Of a DNA stretch of 57,974 bases, positions 54,430 through 57,974 are shown one piece after another. The notes under the pieces were generated by a model. The model saw only the letters and a list, made by a program, of their open reading frames with translations. It did no database searches and was not told the DNA's origin. A program made the position numbers and the translations under genes. The stretch spans positions 1 through 57,974 of the forward strand of contig JACPZB010000085.1 of the NCBI GenBank assembly GCA_016195725.1, written 5' to 3'. Numbering within the stretch: the stretch's first letter is position 1; each line of letters opens with the position of its first letter. Source of the DNA: Deltaproteobacteria bacterium (GTDB lineage Bacteria > Desulfobacterota > GWC2-55-46 > UBA9637).

Positions 54430-56232
54430 ATGAAACTCTATCTTCGTCTCTTAAAATTTCTGTTTAATTATTGGTTTCATCTTATATTGGCTGTACTCTT
54501 TATGATAACCCTTGCGCTCTCCAATGGCGCAATGGCATATCTGATAGGGCCTGTGCTTAAGTTTCTGTTTACCAATAATGCGGAGGATACAATACGGCTT
54601 GTTCCCATAGACCTCTTTACATTCAATCAGGCACAAATGCTTATAGCCGTGCCGGTAATTATTATACTTGTTGCGCTCATTAAAGGCCTCTCATTTTTCT
54701 GGCAGGCCTATTTTATGGGCCATGTTGGACAGAGAATGGTTGCAGACATTAGACTGCATTTGTACCAGCATATCCTGAATCTCCCTCTTTCGTATTTTAG
54801 CAAGAGTTCCACCGGCCAATTGATGTCAAGGATGACAAATGATGTGGGCATGCTGCAGAATACGGCCGCAAACTCCATTGCAACCGTCTTAAGAGAGAGT
54901 TTTTCAATAATAGTTCTTGCAATTGTGGTTATTACCAGGGACTGGAAGCTCGCCCTCGCTGCCTTTATTACCTTTCCTCTTGCAATATATCCATTGGTAA
55001 GGTTTTCAAAAAAGATGCGCAAGGTCTCAACCCAGGGGCAGGCGACTATGGGAACTATGACAATGCTTATGCACGAGGCAATAGCAGGCATACGGATTGT
55101 CAAGGCCTTTTGTATGGAGAAATATGAAGAAATGAGATTTAACAAGGAAAACGAGAGATTTACGAAGTTCAGCATGAAATCAATAAAGGTTCGATCTATT
55201 TCATCGCCACTTATGGAGACGCTGAGAGCGATAGGACTTGCCTTTGCCATATGGTATGCAGCGTACAGAATTCAAAGCGGCTCGTTGGCGCCTGACGACT
55301 TCATATCCTTTTCTGCCGCCCTTTTAATGCTCTATCCTCCGATAAAGGCCCTCAATGGCGTTAATATGAATATTCAGCAGGGTCTTGCCGCAGCGGCACG
55401 GGTATTTGAGCTTTTGGATATCCCTCAAGAAACGAGAGATCGAGAGAATGCGAAGAAGATTGACGGTATCCATCATGGCATTGAATTTAAAGATGTGTCG
55501 TTTAGATATGGCGACAAATGGCTTCTGAAAACTATTAATCTTCAGGTTAAAAAAGGAGAGATTATCGCAATAGTCGGGACAAGCGGTGTTGGTAAAACTA
55601 CATTTGTAAACCTCCTTCCACGGTTTTATGATGTAAGTGAAGGGGCTATACTTTTTGATGGCGTAGATATTAGAGATATAATAAAAAACTTCCTAAGATC
55701 TCACATTGCGATAGTATCGCAGCAGGTTATTTTATTTAATGACACTGTGAAAAAGAACATTGCCTATGGTGATGTTGAAAGAAGTGAAGCCGATATCATA
55801 AACGCTGCCAGGGCTGCCAATGCCGATATCTTTATTAGAAGGCTGCCCCAGGGATACGATACCTTGATTGGCGAAGGCGGCGTCAGATTGTCCGGCGGCG
55901 AGAGGCAGAGATTATCTATCGCCAGGGCAATCCTTAAAAACGCGCCTGTTCTTATACTGGACGAGGCGACATCATCTCTGGATACAGAATCTGAAATGGA
56001 GGTGCAGAGAGGATTGCAAAACCTCATGCACGGGAGGACAACCTTTGTTGTTGCGCACAGGCTTTCTACTGTAAGAAATGCAGACAGGATTATTGTATTT
56101 GCTGATGGCGGAATAAAAGAGATGGGAAGACATGAAGAACTTTTAGAACTTGGTGGAGAATATTGTCGTATTTATAAAATGCAGTTTCACGGAGGGAGTG
56201 AAGAGTTGTTAAGGCTGAAAGCTGAGAGTTAA
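54430..56232 (+). CDS. msbA: Lipid A export ABC transporter (permease/ATPase) MsbA
   Basis: A six-TM ABC exporter domain, Walker A GTSGVGKTT, the signature LSGGERQRLSIARA and Walker B LILDEATS. Its context is between lpxB and waaA. Confidence 0.88.
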   Translation: MKLYLRLLKFLFNYWFHLILAVLFMITLALSNGAMAYLIGPVLKFLFTNNAEDTIRLVPIDLFTFNQAQMLIAVPVIIILVALIKGLSFFWQAYFMGHVGQRMVADIRLHLYQHILNLPLSYFSKSSTGQLMSRMTNDVGMLQNTAANSIATVLRESFSIIVLAIVVITRDWKLALAAFITFPLAIYPLVRFSKKMRKVSTQGQATMGTMTMLMHEAIAGIRIVKAFCMEKYEEMRFNKENERFTKFSMKSIKVRSISSPLMETLRAIGLAFAIWYAAYRIQSGSLAPDDFISFSAALLMLYPPIKALNGVNMNIQQGLAAAARVFELLDIPQETRDRENAKKIDGIHHGIEFKDVSFRYGDKWLLKTINLQVKKGEIIAIVGTSGVGKTTFVNLLPRFYDVSEGAILFDGVDIRDIIKNFLRSHIAIVSQQVILFNDTVKKNIAYGDVERSEADIINAARAANADIFIRRLPQGYDTLIGEGGVRLSGGERQRLSIARAILKNAPVLILDEATSSLDTESEMEVQRGLQNLMHGRTTFVVAHRLSTVRNADRIIVFADGGIKEMGRHEELLELGGEYCRIYKMQFHGGSEELLRLKAES

Positions 56233-56281
56233 TAACCCTACTCACAGGCCGGGGATGAAGGCGAGCTATTGCGATTAAAAT

Positions 56282-56946
56282 ATGCTGAAGAAAATCTTGA
56301 ACCAAAGTACTGTTATTATAGTGCCGTTTTTGGCATCATTACTTGTCAAATTTCTTGCCAGTACCATGAAAATTACCTATGTCAATTTTGAAAAGATATG
56401 GGGAGATTGGCAAAGCGATAGAAATGTAATTATTGCCTTTTGGCATGGAACACTTTTAATGATGCCTATTATGTATAGAGGCGGCGGCGTCAGCGTCCTT
56501 GTGAGCCGGCACAAGGATGGCGAGTTGATAGCAAGGACTGTAAAGAGATTTAATATTGATTCTGTCAGAGGCTCTTCAACAAGAGGCTGGTTAGGTGGTG
56601 TAAAGGGGCTTTTAAATGCTCTCAAAAAAGGCAAGGACATAGCCATAACGCCTGATGGTCCAAAAGGCCCGAAATTTAATGTACAGATGGGAATTGTCCA
56701 TTTAGCAAAGCTGACAGGCCTTCCGATAATACCTATGACCTTCAGCGCCTCAAAAAAAAAACTTTTAAAAGCTGGGATGGGTTTATTATACCGTATCCGT
56801 TTTCAAAAGGCGTGTTTATCTGCGGTGAGCCCATCATTGTAAATCGTGATTCATCCGAACAAGAGTTGGAGCAAAAGAGGCTGGCTCTGCAAAGAAGCCT
56901 CATAGAAATTACAGAAAGGGCGGACAGTTTTTTCAGTGAACAGTGA
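56282..56946 (+). pseudogene. DUF374 (lysophospholipid-acyltransferase-like) gene, frameshifted in an A10 run at 56752-56761
   Basis: The first frame reads ...FWHGTLLMMP...SRHKDGELIA...ITPDGPKGP...IIPMTFSASKKK. The family-typical continuation TFKSWDGFIIPYPFSKGVFICGEPIIV... is in the -1 frame and runs to the stop at 56944-56946. Confidence 0.8.
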
Positions 56947-56947
56947 A

Positions 56948-56981
56948 CAGTTATCAGTGAGCAGTAAAAAGCTGATAACTG
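56948..56981. repeat. Word-stutter hairpin (CAGTGA/CTGATA words) between DUF374 and waaA
   Basis: CAGTTATCAG (56948-56957) pairs with CTGATAACTG (56972-56981), a perfect 10 bp. Confidence 0.8.
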
Positions 56982-56992
56982 ATAGCTGATAT

Positions 56993-57974
56993 ATGTATCT
57001 CCTCTACGACATCCTTCTCCATCTATCCCTTATTCTCCTCCTGCCATATTTCCTTTTTAAGATGCTTTTTGTTGGTAAGTACCGAAAGGGTATCTTGGAA
57101 AGGTTTGGGTTTATAGAAAGAGAAAAGCTCAAAAATCTTTCTCATGGTCACGCTGAACATAATGGAGAGATTGTTTGGTTTCACGCTGTTTCTGTCGGAG
57201 AGACAAAGGCAGCTCTGCCGCTTGTAAAGCGTCTTAAAGAAAAACACCCCGGTGTAAAAGTTGTATTTTCTACGGTTACGGCCACCGGCAATGCGGTCGC
57301 TGTGAAACAAGGCTCGGAATGGATTGACAGCCTTATATATTTTCCGCTGGATTTTTACTGGGTTGCGAACAGGGTTGCAAAGAAGTTGAAGCCCAGAGCC
57401 TTTGTAGTGGTTGAAAAAGAGATATGGCCGAACATTCTCCAGGTTTTGAAAAAAAATAAAGTTCCTGTCATGGTTGTAAACGGCAGCATATCAGACCGTT
57501 CTTTCAAGAGATATCATTTGTTCGGTTTTTTCTTTAAAAGGATATTCAAGGATATATCCCATTTTCTGTGCCAGACAAAAAAGGACGGCGATAAGGCAAT
57601 AACCCTTGGAATAGAGCCTGCAAGGGTTGCCGCAACAGGCAATATAAAGTTTGACATAGAGCCTCCTCATTGGAACCCTCTTGAGAGAGATGTTCTTCTA
57701 CGGAGGTTTAATATAACAGCCGATGATAGAATCCTTGTCGCAGGCAGCACCCATGAGGGTGAAGAAGAAATTATACTGGATGTTTTTAAAAGGCTTAAGC
57801 AGGAATTTCCCAGTTTAAGATTGATAATTGCGCCGAGGCATCCGGAAAGGTTTAATGAGGTGGAAAGACTTATTCGGGATAAAGGTTTTTCTGTGATAAG
57901 AAGGTCGGAGATAAGAAGTCAGAAGCCAGAAGCAAGAAGCCAGAAGCAAGAAGCCCAAAAAAATCTTGCCTCTT
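56993..57974 (+). CDS. waaA: 3-deoxy-D-manno-octulosonic acid (Kdo) transferase, 3' end cut by the window edge
   Basis: Not in the ORF track because it is open at the window end. My own translation gives MYLLYDILLHLSLILLLPYFLFK...IVWFHAVSVGETKAALPLV...VVVEKEIWPN...STHEGEE...IIAPRHPERF. Confidence 0.88.
   Translation, partial: MYLLYDILLHLSLILLLPYFLFKMLFVGKYRKGILERFGFIEREKLKNLSHGHAEHNGEIVWFHAVSVGETKAALPLVKRLKEKHPGVKVVFSTVTATGNAVAVKQGSEWIDSLIYFPLDFYWVANRVAKKLKPRAFVVVEKEIWPNILQVLKKNKVPVMVVNGSISDRSFKRYHLFGFFFKRIFKDISHFLCQTKKDGDKAITLGIEPARVAATGNIKFDIEPPHWNPLERDVLLRRFNITADDRILVAGSTHEGEEEIILDVFKRLKQEFPSLRLIIAPRHPERFNEVERLIRDKGFSVIRRSEIRSQKPEARSQKQEAQKNLAS

Overview
This window is a gene-dense, AT-leaning chromosomal segment from a diderm, LPS-producing bacterium. 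The lineage cannot be determined from the sequence. The repeat families resemble those I associate with uncultivated Nitrospirota or Deltaproteobacteria-like genomes, but that is only an impression. I found no rRNA, tRNA or CRISPR array.

The housekeeping backbone, in order:
- moaA and mrcA
- ridA and rpmB
- purN and purM
- nadK and recN
- one long overlapping operon, pyrR-pyrB-pyrC-[mntA-hepT]-purS-purQ-[913-aa unknown]
- miaB plus a bifunctional nuclease
- a GH57 glycosidase and ald
- a large outer-membrane biogenesis supercluster: lolC/E, a cNMP-binding protein, lolD, bamA, skp, lpxD, fabZ, lpxA, a GnnA-like oxidoreductase, lpxB, msbA, a DUF374 gene and waaA

Accessory or unusual content:
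1. A tightly coupled three-gene operon of unknown function at 6.5-8.5 kb. It encodes a helical protein, a SecB-like protein and a protein with a putative PD-(D/E)xK motif.
2. A 913-aa protein sitting where purL would be expected. It carries what looks like a cryptic class III nucleotidyl-cyclase core split by a coiled-coil insert.
3. A RelE/antitoxin cassette flanked by direct repeats.
4. A HepT/MntA toxin-antitoxin pair embedded by overlapping codons in the pyr-pur operon.
5. A REP-associated tyrosine transposase flanked by inverted REP doublets, which has truncated a HEPN gene.
6. A PAP2-phosphatase/GT39 (ArnT-like) fusion.
7. Degenerate c-di-GMP, receiver and pseudo-GTPase signalling proteins.
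8. Four genes with lesions: lysS, a thioredoxin-reductase-like oxidoreductase, the DUF374 gene and the FGE tail.
9. Several families of small palindromic elements. One notable family consists of word-stutter inverted repeats at most gene junctions that are sometimes translated.

All functional calls rest on motif recognition in the supplied translations. No database search was run.
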